A DNA stretch of 64,000 bases from Nemertoderma westbladi (taxonomy: Eukaryota; Animalia; Xenacoelomorpha): assembly GCA_032718475.1 (NCBI GenBank), contig JAUCBJ010007194.1, positions 1 through 64,000 on the forward strand. The letters run 5' to 3'. Shown here piece by piece: positions 1-10,606 of the stretch (the stretch's first letter is position 1; each line of letters begins with the position of its first letter). The notes beneath the pieces were generated by a model that saw only the letters and a list, made by a program, of their open reading frames with translations, did no database searches and was not told where the DNA came from. The translations under genes and the position numbers were made by a program.

Positions 1-22
1 TATTTACGCAAAAGCTTTTACA
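1..22 (-). repeat. First 22 bp of the copy A 3' LTR
   Basis: Reverse complement TGTAAAAGCTTTTGCGTAAATA matches the LTR starts at 41474 and 56116 with one mismatch. Confidence 0.9.
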
Positions 23-100
23 CCGCTCCCAGAAAATGGGATTTAAGTCTATAAAATATAACAAATCACAGTTTCTAAAATATAAAGATACTCTAAACAG

Positions 101-1876
101 TTAGTCTTTCTTACGCGGACGGCGTTTACGAAGTTTTTTAAAGCTAGCCAGAGTCCTTTTCTCTTTGGGGCGAGCCACTTTACGAGGAGGGCTGTAGCTC
201 CTAGGCGAAGGGTGCAATATAATTGCATCAGAAGGTGCAGGGTTACGATCGGTATACCCGCCGGTCGAAGTACCTGGTTGATTAATATCAACCTCAGTGG
301 AGCGAGGTCTAACGGCCTTTAGAGCACGTCTCAGGACAGCAGCTCCTACGGGTCCTTGACGGGTCGTCTGGACACTAGCGGTGGGTGGACCGTGAGTGGT
401 GAGGAACTTTCTCGGTTTAATGGTTCTCTCCAGCTCGCGTTCTCTGGTTCGATATTCATATGGTCGCCGAGATACTTCCTGTAGTTCAGGATGCGAGTTC
501 ACAAAGATGTCGCCATACTCAGGGTCCTGACGGATAAAATTGATCAGGTGATATGTGGTTATATCATTAGGGTTAACGTTTCTAAGGTATTTTCTGACAA
601 ACTTGGTGGAAATACACTCACCAACACGCTTTATTAACTCGTAACTTGGTACGCGTGTTTTCTGTTCAATCGACGCAAATAGGTAAGGATGGAATGCGTA
701 AACTCCCTCGTAAGCTCGTCCAGGGTAGTAGCGATGTCGGGATTCGCAATGTAAATCCGCGTTCGCTTCCCAAGCTCGGATGTATCGCAGGGTGATCATC
801 TCGTCTACGCTCTCTAAATTGCGATTAAAGGGACAATTGTAACTTTCATGTCCTTTAAGTTGACAGTAGTGACATTGAGTCATAAATTGTGGGCAGACGG
901 CAAAAATATGAGAGTTATTAAGTCTGCAATAAGCACAATATATTTCCATCATCGGTTGTTCGAGGAAATAGGAGCAAGGTACGCTCGAGTCCAGAGGGGT
1001 GAAGTGGTCTCTCGATGCGCATAATCGACAACGTTTTCGAGAAACGTAGTTGGCGTGTCGATAATCGTACGCTGTGAGACGTTGTGGACCTTGATACCAC
1101 TCTATGACATAATCATTGTCACTGCTCCGGGAAGCTGTAGGCTGAATCGCTTCTGATTCCAAGCATACTGGTTCATCCTCCAGCTGTATAAACGAAGTGG
1201 ATGCGTCTGTCTCAGTAAGTGGACCCACTGTCTGTATTTCCACGACAGAATAACCTGTAGGTATACGGGGTCTTTGTATAACAGATGAATGTAAGTTCTG
1301 TATACAAACGTCTTGAAAAACGGCAAATCCAGCGCTACTCAGTTTCTCCGCAGCTGAGTCTCTCAGACTGAGTTTGGTCAGCGCGCGGTCCTTGAACTGA
1401 CTATCGACGTTACGGAACGGAGTCAGAAAGCGCCGGAAACATTCGAAACGTATAAACTTATTGTGTTCGTCTAACTTGGCGAGTTTAGTTCCAAGTATTA
1501 ATGGGTGAGCGCGTATGGTACGACTGCACACATCGGCTAGCCAACCGGCAAGTGCTGCGTTTTCAAAGATCGTGTATATAGCTAAGGAAGGACGAAGTGG
1601 AACACTCATAAAGCTATATACGGCACCAGGCGCCGTTAATGGTCCATCAAAATATAAACGAGAGTAATGATCTCCATATACTTGCTGGTAATTGATAGGA
1701 TTTCCAACTTTGAAATTCCAACCATATTCTTGAAAGGCAAGATGTCCGATGGATGTCCGTTGTACTTTAGTAATGCCGCTGGGTGTATTGGCATACATAG
1801 TACGAAAGAAACCTCGGCCTTCGGCCCAAGGAGCAATCAGCTGAGTATCAACGAAAGAGTATGGAATGTTCTCCAT
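101..1876 (-). CDS. Accessory 591-aa ORF of BEL copy A: zinc-knuckle protein with basic NLS-like tail, family not recognised
   Basis: Intact ORF between pol and the PPT, same strand as pol. Motifs CRLCASRDH-x9-C, CAYCRLNNSHIFAVC and canonical CHYCQLKGHESYNC. C-terminus KKLRKRRPRKKD. No obvious signal peptide or transmembrane segment. Confidence 0.8.
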   Translation of the reverse strand: MENIPYSFVDTQLIAPWAEGRGFFRTMYANTPSGITKVQRTSIGHLAFQEYGWNFKVGNPINYQQVYGDHYSRLYFDGPLTAPGAVYSFMSVPLRPSLAIYTIFENAALAGWLADVCSRTIRAHPLILGTKLAKLDEHNKFIRFECFRRFLTPFRNVDSQFKDRALTKLSLRDSAAEKLSSAGFAVFQDVCIQNLHSSVIQRPRIPTGYSVVEIQTVGPLTETDASTSFIQLEDEPVCLESEAIQPTASRSSDNDYVIEWYQGPQRLTAYDYRHANYVSRKRCRLCASRDHFTPLDSSVPCSYFLEQPMMEIYCAYCRLNNSHIFAVCPQFMTQCHYCQLKGHESYNCPFNRNLESVDEMITLRYIRAWEANADLHCESRHRYYPGRAYEGVYAFHPYLFASIEQKTRVPSYELIKRVGECISTKFVRKYLRNVNPNDITTYHLINFIRQDPEYGDIFVNSHPELQEVSRRPYEYRTRERELERTIKPRKFLTTHGPPTASVQTTRQGPVGAAVLRRALKAVRPRSTEVDINQPGTSTGGYTDRNPAPSDAIILHPSPRSYSPPRKVARPKEKRTLASFKKLRKRRPRKKD

Positions 1877-2615
1877 ATTCCTGTTGTATGCCTAATATGT
1901 TCTCCGACAGGGATGGTAGAGCAGAGGAAAATATCGCATTCAATGAGATTATGAAATACGACGTCAATAGGAGGATTGTTACATTCGAAGACTATCTCCA
2001 AATGAATTTATCCTCAATTATTAAGAGGGTGAACAACCAGATTTATGACACATAATGGTACCAGTTGTTCATAAACTTTCAACGTGTCCTTTCAGTCCTT
2101 GAATCACGGTCGTGGACTTGAGGAAATTATTTATGGTTGATTATTCAATCAACAACAAGAGGAATGGAAGTTGATATCATAAATATCAACAGAATGGTAC
2201 AGGGACAGGAGGTGCGGACACCAATATTAGCATACAAATAAACAGTAAAGGATGGGAGGTTTAGTGTTCGTTTCCCGAAGCTCCGAGCGCGTTGGGAAGA
2301 GAAGGTGGGGGGAAGTATGTCGTATTTTTAATAACGATGTATAGAGGGATAAAGGGAGTAAAGAGGAGGAAGGATATATGGTAGTATCCATAAGATACCA
2401 CAATGGACGAGCTTTCCGTTACGTCATCATTCATTCTTGTCTTTTAATTGTGACACTGATCACAATAATTACAGGAAAACGATGAAGGAAGAGAAATTTA
2501 CAGCCTCCCGAAGGAGACCGCCCGCGAGCACCCGTGCCCCGGGGAAAACTATTCACATTATGGACCCTGGACATTAACACACGTCTCTTCTCCAGTGGTT
2601 CGCCTATATTTGTCT

Positions 2616-3014
2616 TTACAAGCCTTCTTCCACGTTCTTTCTTTCGAGCTGATTTCGAATAGAGTTCTCGTGTTCTATTCTTGATTTATCGTTTCGACTC
2701 CGCTGGGTATGATATTTAAATAAAACCATTTCCCTTTCGGTGTCTACATCGTTCGTATCGTGTAAATCGATAGGGTAACCAGTAGTCAAGAAGTCCATAT
2801 ACGTACCATTCCGATGCGTATAGTGAGCCGTGAACTTTCTATAGTCCAATTCACGCGTAAGTTGTTCCTGGGACATTGGCGGTTCGATATAACGACCATC
2901 GTCCTCCGTAGTAGTTGGATCAGCGTCGCCGCGTATCAAGCTATCGACAAACGCTTGTAAAGGTAGAGTATATCTCTCCCTGATACCAAGATCATCTTCT
3001 ATTAATTCAGTCAT
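2616..3014 (-). CDS. Small accessory ORF (132 aa) of BEL copy A, unknown function
   Basis: ATG-initiated ORF. A frameshifted homologue beginning MTELIEDGLGIRERY lies at the same position in copy B (from 54704). Confidence 0.55.
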   Translation of the reverse strand: MTELIEDDLGIRERYTLPLQAFVDSLIRGDADPTTTEDDGRYIEPPMSQEQLTRELDYRKFTAHYTHRNGTYMDFLTTGYPIDLHDTNDVDTEREMVLFKYHTQRSRNDKSRIEHENSIRNQLERKNVEEGL

Positions 3015-3059
3015 ATCTGCTATACGAGTTCACCAATATTATAATGAGTTTATATATCG

Positions 3060-3217
3060 TTAGGCGAGCGGGCGTCGCTGCCTATTTCTCCCTTGCCCCC
3101 GGACAGTAGGAGATTCTCAGCGCCGATGTACCGCTGTAGCTGTACTTTCGCCAACGACGTAGCTGTACAACGACAACGATAACCGGCACAAGTCACTCCA
3201 CTGTCCGTCCCAAAGGC
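3060..3217 (-). ncRNA. Conserved structured RNA element (long stem-loop plus second hairpin) upstream of the accessory ORF, copy A
   Basis: Stems cggacagt/actgtccg, ggag/ctcc, gtgccggt/atcggcgc and a 17-position stem with 16 pairs. Compensatory changes relative to copy B. Confidence 0.7.
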
Positions 3218-4663
3218 TTAGATGTACTTCAGGTTTTCCTTGGAGTTAGGTTACTTTTACGATTGCGACTAGCTACTGTAAACACACTTTAGCAGTAACA
3301 TTCACCTATAAACTCACAAATACCACACAACTTGTCACAACTACGCACATTCGGGCCATTTGTCCGTTAGTCAATGCCTTCCAGAATGTCACTGTATTGT
3401 TATGTATCCTTGGATACTAGCAGTGCGCTATTTATTCCCTATGCTATTCAATGGGACAAGCTTTCTATTGTTCTTTTTACTCAATTCTAATTCTAACGTG
3501 GTTGTTGCTATGGTGACATTATGTAAAGCTAGCGGTAGAATTAGGGTAATTCCAATGCATACAGATCTGGGATGTTATTTAATAGTAATTCTTTAATAGT
3601 CAATGTCCTGTTTATACATGACTTTATGAATTTTATCGGCTATTGACTATGTTTGGGAGACTTTCGTACACGCATACGCATAATAATATAAATCTCCACT
3701 CCCTTGATCTATTAATTAATGGAATTTTGGGAATGTTATAAATTGCGTAAAATGGCAATTTATTAAATTCATTAAAAGTCATGAATTTAAATTTATTCCC
3801 TGGAATTTTATTATTTGATAATTAAATGGGCATATTTTGATTCTAGAACATGTCTAGGGACACAAGATCCTTAATTCTAAGAAAATTGTCTCTTTAAGAA
3901 TATCAGTAAATGCTACGATATCTTAATTGACTAGAATTGTTGAAGGATCTGAATTTTACAGATTTTGACTTATTAGATTTGCAAATATTAACTAATTAAT
4001 ATTTGAGATGGGCACCGATTTATTCCAGAACTTGTCTGGGGACGTTAACCACTGATTCTATAATTTGTCTTTCAAGTATATCGGTGGGTGCCACGATATC
4101 TTAATCGACTAGAATTACAGATGGTCAAAGGGTTTAACAGATTTATTTTGCGTTATACGCTACTGTTAAAGGGACATCACGCTACTATATGTATTATTTA
4201 ATATACGGTATGAGAGCAATATCGCACGAAGCAATGTCAGTGTGAAGAGGCAAGTCGTTTCCAAGGTCTACCCAGAGCTTGGTTTAGCCGAGACACGAGG
4301 ATCTGAACTTTGCATTCCTAATACTCTGCCTACCAATAATACTTGAATATAGTAGTGGCTTTATTGTACTTTAATAAGTACAGACATTTCATCTTACTGT
4401 AGTTACATATTTATAATATAATACGGACAGTAAGGAAAGAGAAAAAAATAATTATTTCTTCGCCGTCGCACTAAATATAATATAAGTAATTACGTACGTA
4501 ATAAACACGAATATATTGCACTATTCTACTAAATAATCGCTAAATAATATTCTACTAAATTAAATAAAACGATTATAATAAAATTACATAGTAATACATA
4601 CATAAATATAAAAATAATAAAATAATATAAAATAATAGAGTCACACGCCCACTCCGAACGATA

Positions 4664-7600
4664 TTAAGTTGGGGAGTCCCTAGATGTCGGTTGGATTAGG
4701 GAAGTGGTCGTGGGAAGAGTTTCTTGCCTTCCATAGTTTCCGGAGAGCTCTCTGTCTCTTTCCAGTAAACATAAACGACCCACTGGGCGGTTGAGCTGTT
4801 GAGTCTCAAAGACTATCCCTGGTTTCTTAAAGTTACGCCGCATGACGACGAGCTCTACTGATCGCACCAAACCATCGCTCGAGATATAAGTCTCGATGAT
4901 ACGTCCTGTTTGCCATCGCTTACGTGGGAGATCGGGGTCCACAATAAGCACCATGTCTCCAGCGCTGACGTTTTCTTGTTGCGCAAACCACTTAGTTCGA
5001 AGTTGTAGAGTGGGCAGGTAATGTTTCTCGAAATGGTCAGCGAAACGACGGGATAGCAACTGCATAAGTTGCCAGGTTCGACGACAGTACTCGTCTCCGT
5101 CTGTGATCTCCGATCGTGGGAGCATGGCTACGGGCTTCTTCAGTAGAAAGTGCGCGGGTGTTAGCGCTTCCAGGGAATCAGGATTTGAAGAGACTGGCAT
5201 AAGCGGTCTTTCGTTGAGATAGGCGGCGATTTCTTCCATTAACGTCCGCAATAGTTCGTCGGTGAGATAAGCGCGACAAGGCACAATAAAGTGGAATGCA
5301 GTCTTCACGCTCCTAATCAATCTCTCCCAACTTCCTCCCCACCAAGGGGCGTCGGCGGCGTTGAAGGTCCAGCTAGACGCTGTTATCCTTAGCTGATCGT
5401 CCACCTGTCTCTTGTTCCAGTCCTTTACGTAAGCTTGAATTTCGTTGTTGGCTCCAATGAAGTTCGTTCCCTTATCCGATCTCATCGTGTTACTGGTTCC
5501 GAAACGAGCAATCTGTCGTCGTAAACTCAACACGAAGCTGTTGGTGGATAGATCGTTTACCATATCTAGATGGATAGCTCTACAAGTCATACAAACGAAG
5601 ATGACACACCATCTCTTGACTATAGTCCGGGCACAATATACTTCAATAGGGCCAAATAAATCCACACCGGTATTAGTAAAGGGTGGTTCATAGAAGCTTA
5701 CTCTTTCCCTAGGTAATTCTGCCTCTCGCTGTGTTAAAGGCCTACTGAATGCTTTCCTACAGGGTATGCAGTTCCTAAGAACTTGGTTCAGAGCCCTACG
5801 GGGTTTATAAAAATAGTAGCGAGTTCGAATTTCGCTCAGAACTCGTTCTCTACCAGCATGGTACAGTTTGCTATGAACATCTACAATCATCTTGATTTGT
5901 ATGTCAAGATTTCTAATGAGTATGGGAAATTTAGTGTCAAAGGATAATGGGGCGTTGGTTAGTCTGCCTCCAACACGTATTAACCCATCTATCATGGTAC
6001 TAGAGAAGCGATCCCTTAAGCGCATCTGCGGATTTCTTAACAACAGGAAATACTTATCGGAATCCTCATAGCATTGTAGGAGTCTCAGCATCTGTTTGTT
6101 GGTTTCATCATGCTCCTGGTAACTGATCTTCTCCTTTAGAAACCTGTCGGATATCTTGTATTTGGGGAGATCTTTAACAACATGGACTCGTGCAGATGTT
6201 GATGGAGCATCATCACTATTGGTCTTTGTCCCGGAGTAACGATGATGAAAACATCGTTTCAAATAGGTAACGGCTTTACAGAGCCGATTCCAGGAACTGT
6301 AGTGACGTATCACTCTCTGCAAGAGGGGTGAGAGTCCTTGCGCGATATCTGGTATTCCAGATTTCCAATCCTTGTCACGGATTTCCAAGACTTCTTTAGT
6401 CGTGGCGGTGGGTTTCTGATCCAAAGCATCCTCTCCGGAAGTGAATAATACAGATAGATCAACCGCAGGTTTAAACAACTTCGATTTACTCGCTCGAGTT
6501 TTGGGTTTAACTTTCTCCGCTCCCTTGGCCTGTCTGATCTCTGCTGTTGTGAGGTGGGGAGGCCATTCTTCTTCTTCTCTGTAGAGAAAGTCGGGTCCAC
6601 CTAACCATTCAGGAGTATTTACCAATTCCTTTGGAGTCGCTCCTCGGGAAGCGATGTCTGCTGGATTAATCGTTCCGGGGCAATGTCTCCATTGGTCCAT
6701 CGTCGTGCGACTAAGTATGATGGCTACTCTGTTGGTAACGAAGACGCTGAACTGACAGACTTCATTGGTTATATACTCTAACACGAGTAAAGCGTCGGTC
6801 CAATAGACAGTTTTCTCTAATGGATAGTCAATCTGTTCTGTTACATTCCGGCCGATGGCTGTAGCGTATAGAGCCGCCTTTAACTCCGCTCGAGGAACTT
6901 TCAACTTGTTGTTGATTAATGCCTTAGAAGTAACCAAGGCGACTTTGATTCCATCCGGAGTTTCCACTCTTAGGTAGGCTACTATACCTATTCCCATATC
7001 GCTGGCGTCTCCAAACACATGGAGTTGATAGGAATACGTAGGGAGAACATGACCAAAATATGAACGGGAAATTATAAAATCCTCGATAGCCGGTAGAGAA
7101 TCTTCCCATTTCATCCACTTCTTTAATATTTCTCCCTTAAGTGGATCGTCCCATGAGTGGTTTTCAAGCCACATTTGTTGTACCAAACTCCGAGCAATCA
7201 ATATAACTGGGCTAATAAATCCCAATGGATCGAAATAAGTGCTCAGTATACTTAAACAAATCCGTTTGATTCGAACTGGATTATCTCGCTGTTTTAGTTG
7301 GAAAAACAGGATATCTCTCTCTGTGTCCCATTTCAAGCCGAGTGTCTTGGTTTCTGGCAGATCATCTTTGATCAAATCGAGATCTTTCGCTCCTCGATCT
7401 TCCGCAGGGATCGACTCCAGAAACTCACGGGAGTTGCTGGTGAATTTCGTTAATCGAAACCCACCTCTTTTTAAGCACTCTACCGTTCCTTTAGCGACCT
7501 CAATGGCTTCCTCAACTGATGGAAGGGACTTCAGATTGTCGTCCATGTATATGTCCCGCTTGATGTTGTCGATCACTTCCTTAGAGAAGGCCTCTCGGTT

Positions 7601-10600
7601 GTCCTCTGCAGTGGTACGCACTACCGAACAGGCGTTGGAAGGGCTTGAGATTATCCCAAAGGCCTGGATGGTCATCCAGTACTCCACCGGTTTCTGGTTG
7701 AGGTCTCCTTCGGGCCACCATAGAAATCGTAGGCTATCTCGATCCCTATCCAACACTTTGACTTGCAAGAACATGCCTTCTATATCGGAGGCGAAAGCAA
7801 TCGAATATTGTCTCAATCTTAAAAGAATTCCCAACAAAGATTGAAGTAAGTTGGGTCCGGGTAACAATTCAGAGTTAAGGGATTGACCCATGTAAAGAGC
7901 GGAGCCATCAAACACTACTCTCACTTCATGGGGTTTACCGGGTTTAGGAACGTAATGGTGAGTTAAGTAATACGTTCTTTCAGTCACAGGTGTTTCTTCC
8001 GGTACTCTCTCTGCGTATCCCTTATTAATAAATTTTTTCAGCTGTGTTTGATACATTGCTTTAGCTGAAGAATTAGCCGTAAGGCGTCGATGGAGTTGCG
8101 CGATTCTTTTTTCAGCCAAAGGTCTGTTATTGATGAACTTCGGTTCTCTCTTGCGAAAAGGTAAACCGACTTCATACCTGCCTTGATCTTTGAGGAAATG
8201 TGTAGTTGTCTCTTGGATCTGCTTGGCCCTTTCCTCTTCCACCGATAAGGCTTTATCGTAGGAATTGGGCTCTACCGCCTCTTGCGTAAAGAATCTTACG
8301 GCATGTTCATCTCGAGTCTTGGCATTACAACGCTCAATGACGTCATTTAACTCGTCGTTATAAGCTTCTCGTTCAGATGGATAGAGAAGTTGACATAAGT
8401 TCACTTGGTTTTGCCAAGCCTCGTTTTCCTTAAGGAGATCGATGGTATTCTCCTCATCAAAAAGCTGGTGAATGTCGTCGTTATCTGAGGAGTATGGAAT
8501 TCCCTCAGTTAAATCGTCTCCTTCACTAGTATCATCTTCCCATTCACTCACCTGGCAGACGCTCTCTTGCGGTAGTCTTTCTCTGAGTGTTCTACGGGAA
8601 GGGCCAGTAAAGTACCAACCTACTCTAGTTCTTACCGCATAGGTCTGTAGGGGCTGCGGTTGAGCAGGCCGTTTCTCTAATGTCTCCAGCGCCTCATGCG
8701 CGTTTTGGCCGATGAGTATTTGCACTCCAGGATAATCAGTCTGGAATCGAGGTATGTTAAGATGTTGGATGCTCTCATCCTCGTCCCAATTATAAAGGTC
8801 TGCTTGGGTAGTAGCGAAGTTCTTTATAGCTACCATTTTCACTGACCTTATGCTATGTTCTCCTAGTTCGTCCTGGGGGGTGGACAACGCGCCTACATAA
8901 TAATCTGCCGTTACTGTAGATTTCCAAACTTGCATGATCCCTGACATGTTTAGCTTGGTTCGGAACTTGGGTTGTCCAGCAAATATGTCTTCGGCTAGCT
9001 CTTGGTCGATGAATGTTCCTGTACTACCGGAGTCAAGGAGAGCGTTCACTACATAACTCCGTTTAGGTCCGTGAACCCTTACCTGTACCACAGGAAATTC
9101 TCTAATCCCTACATTGGAAGATGGCTCTTTCCAAGATGGTTGTCGTTCAGAAGTAGTTAGAGTGAGGTCGCTGTCTGTATCTTTTTCATATGTGAGTGCT
9201 CGATACACTGCGGTATTTATCATGTAACAGGATTCGTTTTCGTCGGAGAACTCGTCTGTATAGAATCCTTCCATCTCAGATTGATCAGTGTCGTTCACAT
9301 CACTGAATTGGACATGTAGCTCGGAATCACTTACCTGATTCGGACTATTTCGCTCGAATTCAGTGTGCAACAAGATATGATGTTTCGCACCACACTTTGC
9401 ACACCTTATGTCAGAGAAACAGGTACGCCGTTGGTGTCCTTGTCTGAGGCAATTATAACATAACCGCTTATCCCACATGACTTCGCGTCTCTCAGTTAAT
9501 GATTTCTTTAGAAATTCATCACACATATTCAAACGGTGGGTCCCGTCGCATAGCGCACATTTCGGTTTGATGTTACTTACTTTATTCTGAGTCACATTGT
9601 GTACACTTGCTTTTTCTTCGGGCTTTCTCACCTGAATTCTCTTGGGAGACGTAGGAGGAGTTTTTCTTACCTGTTCTCTCCTGTCATTTGTTCGAGACTT
9701 GAATTTACTCACCTGATCTTTAGGCATTTTATTCACGTAATAAGATCTATCAGTGTCCTTCCTGCTATCTTCTCCTTGAGAAGTCTGGCTTTCGCCGTCG
9801 TCTGTATAACACACTGGTGTTACCTTTCTCCTAGAGACGGGTTTTTCACTTACCTTGTTTTCCGGTGTCTTCTCTCTGGACAGTTTCAGGAGCTGTAATT
9901 TCACTTCTCCATCTAGGAATGACATGAGATCAGACATGGTAGGGTCTCGTCGTTGTTGTTCCATCATATATAACACTTTCTTATCCCAGCGTGTACCTAC
10001 TCCACCCTTCGGTAAAGTAGAAGCCACTGCTCTAATAACCATAGCATTCTGATACTCATGAGACTTACCTAGCCAATCTAATTGTCTACAGATCTCCTGA
10101 ATCTCATCGGAAAACTCTATAATTCCGCTGCTAATAAATTTTCGGGGCGCTACCAACTTTGCATACAAATACCCAGCTATGTTATTCCTATTACCATACC
10201 TGATGTTTAGTGTATCCCAAACTTGTCTTAATCCATCTGGATGTCCAATAAACTTTAACGCCATTAACTTGGGAGATCCTTCCAAGCACTCGATGAGGAA
10301 TCTAAGTTTCTCTCCATTAGATAGCACAGAGTTCTGTATGTTATTTTTGTAATATTCATTAAAAGGTAACCATTTCATCTCATCTCCATTGAACTTGACG
10401 ATCTCTCCCACCTTTACCGCTTGCCGGGCTTCGGTTCTAGCCATTTGACGCGTAAAACTTTCTTGGGCCATCGTGTTATTTAATATCGAGTTATCGGTAT
10501 ATAAATTTCTCGGATTATGATCCGGTCTATAGGGAATATCATTATCAACAGGTCTATAATTACCCTTAATAGGGTTCACTATAGGAGTTTCTACTTCGCT

Positions 10601-10606
10601 AGCAGT
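4664..10606 (-). CDS. BEL/Pao gag-pol polyprotein, N-terminally truncated
   Basis: DUF1759-like gag (FNGDEMKWLPF...EKLRFL), CCHC knuckles, protease ALLDSGS, RT YMDD, RNase H HVFGDAS, integrase GVDLFGP/RSDKGTNF/WGGSWERL, in PR-RT-RH-IN order. No internal stops. The ORF-track extension to 10702 is antisense RTE sequence. Confidence 0.95.
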   Translation of the reverse strand, partial: TASEVETPIVNPIKGNYRPVDNDIPYRPDHNPRNLYTDNSILNNTMAQESFTRQMARTEARQAVKVGEIVKFNGDEMKWLPFNEYYKNNIQNSVLSNGEKLRFLIECLEGSPKLMALKFIGHPDGLRQVWDTLNIRYGNRNNIAGYLYAKLVAPRKFISSGIIEFSDEIQEICRQLDWLGKSHEYQNAMVIRAVASTLPKGGVGTRWDKKVLYMMEQQRRDPTMSDLMSFLDGEVKLQLLKLSREKTPENKVSEKPVSRRKVTPVCYTDDGESQTSQGEDSRKDTDRSYYVNKMPKDQVSKFKSRTNDRREQVRKTPPTSPKRIQVRKPEEKASVHNVTQNKVSNIKPKCALCDGTHRLNMCDEFLKKSLTERREVMWDKRLCYNCLRQGHQRRTCFSDIRCAKCGAKHHILLHTEFERNSPNQVSDSELHVQFSDVNDTDQSEMEGFYTDEFSDENESCYMINTAVYRALTYEKDTDSDLTLTTSERQPSWKEPSSNVGIREFPVVQVRVHGPKRSYVVNALLDSGSTGTFIDQELAEDIFAGQPKFRTKLNMSGIMQVWKSTVTADYYVGALSTPQDELGEHSIRSVKMVAIKNFATTQADLYNWDEDESIQHLNIPRFQTDYPGVQILIGQNAHEALETLEKRPAQPQPLQTYAVRTRVGWYFTGPSRRTLRERLPQESVCQVSEWEDDTSEGDDLTEGIPYSSDNDDIHQLFDEENTIDLLKENEAWQNQVNLCQLLYPSEREAYNDELNDVIERCNAKTRDEHAVRFFTQEAVEPNSYDKALSVEEERAKQIQETTTHFLKDQGRYEVGLPFRKREPKFINNRPLAEKRIAQLHRRLTANSSAKAMYQTQLKKFINKGYAERVPEETPVTERTYYLTHHYVPKPGKPHEVRVVFDGSALYMGQSLNSELLPGPNLLQSLLGILLRLRQYSIAFASDIEGMFLQVKVLDRDRDSLRFLWWPEGDLNQKPVEYWMTIQAFGIISSPSNACSVVRTTAEDNREAFSKEVIDNIKRDIYMDDNLKSLPSVEEAIEVAKGTVECLKRGGFRLTKFTSNSREFLESIPAEDRGAKDLDLIKDDLPETKTLGLKWDTERDILFFQLKQRDNPVRIKRICLSILSTYFDPLGFISPVILIARSLVQQMWLENHSWDDPLKGEILKKWMKWEDSLPAIEDFIISRSYFGHVLPTYSYQLHVFGDASDMGIGIVAYLRVETPDGIKVALVTSKALINNKLKVPRAELKAALYATAIGRNVTEQIDYPLEKTVYWTDALLVLEYITNEVCQFSVFVTNRVAIILSRTTMDQWRHCPGTINPADIASRGATPKELVNTPEWLGGPDFLYREEEEWPPHLTTAEIRQAKGAEKVKPKTRASKSKLFKPAVDLSVLFTSGEDALDQKPTATTKEVLEIRDKDWKSGIPDIAQGLSPLLQRVIRHYSSWNRLCKAVTYLKRCFHHRYSGTKTNSDDAPSTSARVHVVKDLPKYKISDRFLKEKISYQEHDETNKQMLRLLQCYEDSDKYFLLLRNPQMRLRDRFSSTMIDGLIRVGGRLTNAPLSFDTKFPILIRNLDIQIKMIVDVHSKLYHAGRERVLSEIRTRYYFYKPRRALNQVLRNCIPCRKAFSRPLTQREAELPRERVSFYEPPFTNTGVDLFGPIEVYCARTIVKRWCVIFVCMTCRAIHLDMVNDLSTNSFVLSLRRQIARFGTSNTMRSDKGTNFIGANNEIQAYVKDWNKRQVDDQLRITASSWTFNAADAPWWGGSWERLIRSVKTAFHFIVPCRAYLTDELLRTLMEEIAAYLNERPLMPVSSNPDSLEALTPAHFLLKKPVAMLPRSEITDGDEYCRRTWQLMQLLSRRFADHFEKHYLPTLQLRTKWFAQQENVSAGDMVLIVDPDLPRKRWQTGRIIETYISSDGLVRSVELVVMRRNFKKPGIVFETQQLNRPVGRLCLLERDRELSGNYGRQETLPTTTSLIQPTSRDSPT

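Larger units (their letters stand above)
1..10606 (-). mobile_element. BEL/Pao LTR retrotransposon, copy A (5'-truncated; 3' LTR runs off the left edge)
   Basis: Near-identical to copy B over gag-pol and most of the 3' region. On the minus strand the PPT-like GGGAGCGG (30-23) is followed by the LTR start TGTAAAAGC at 22. Similarity to copy B stops at 10606, where an RTE begins. Confidence 0.95.

Noticed and set aside
101-1876. 591-aa ORF as an envelope gene
   Set aside because: No signal peptide, fusion or transmembrane segment. The cysteines form zinc-knuckle patterns.
7239-7844. 201-aa antisense ORF over RT (also 49883-50488)
   Set aside because: Shadow ORF of pol with no motifs. Its presence in both copies just reflects their near identity.
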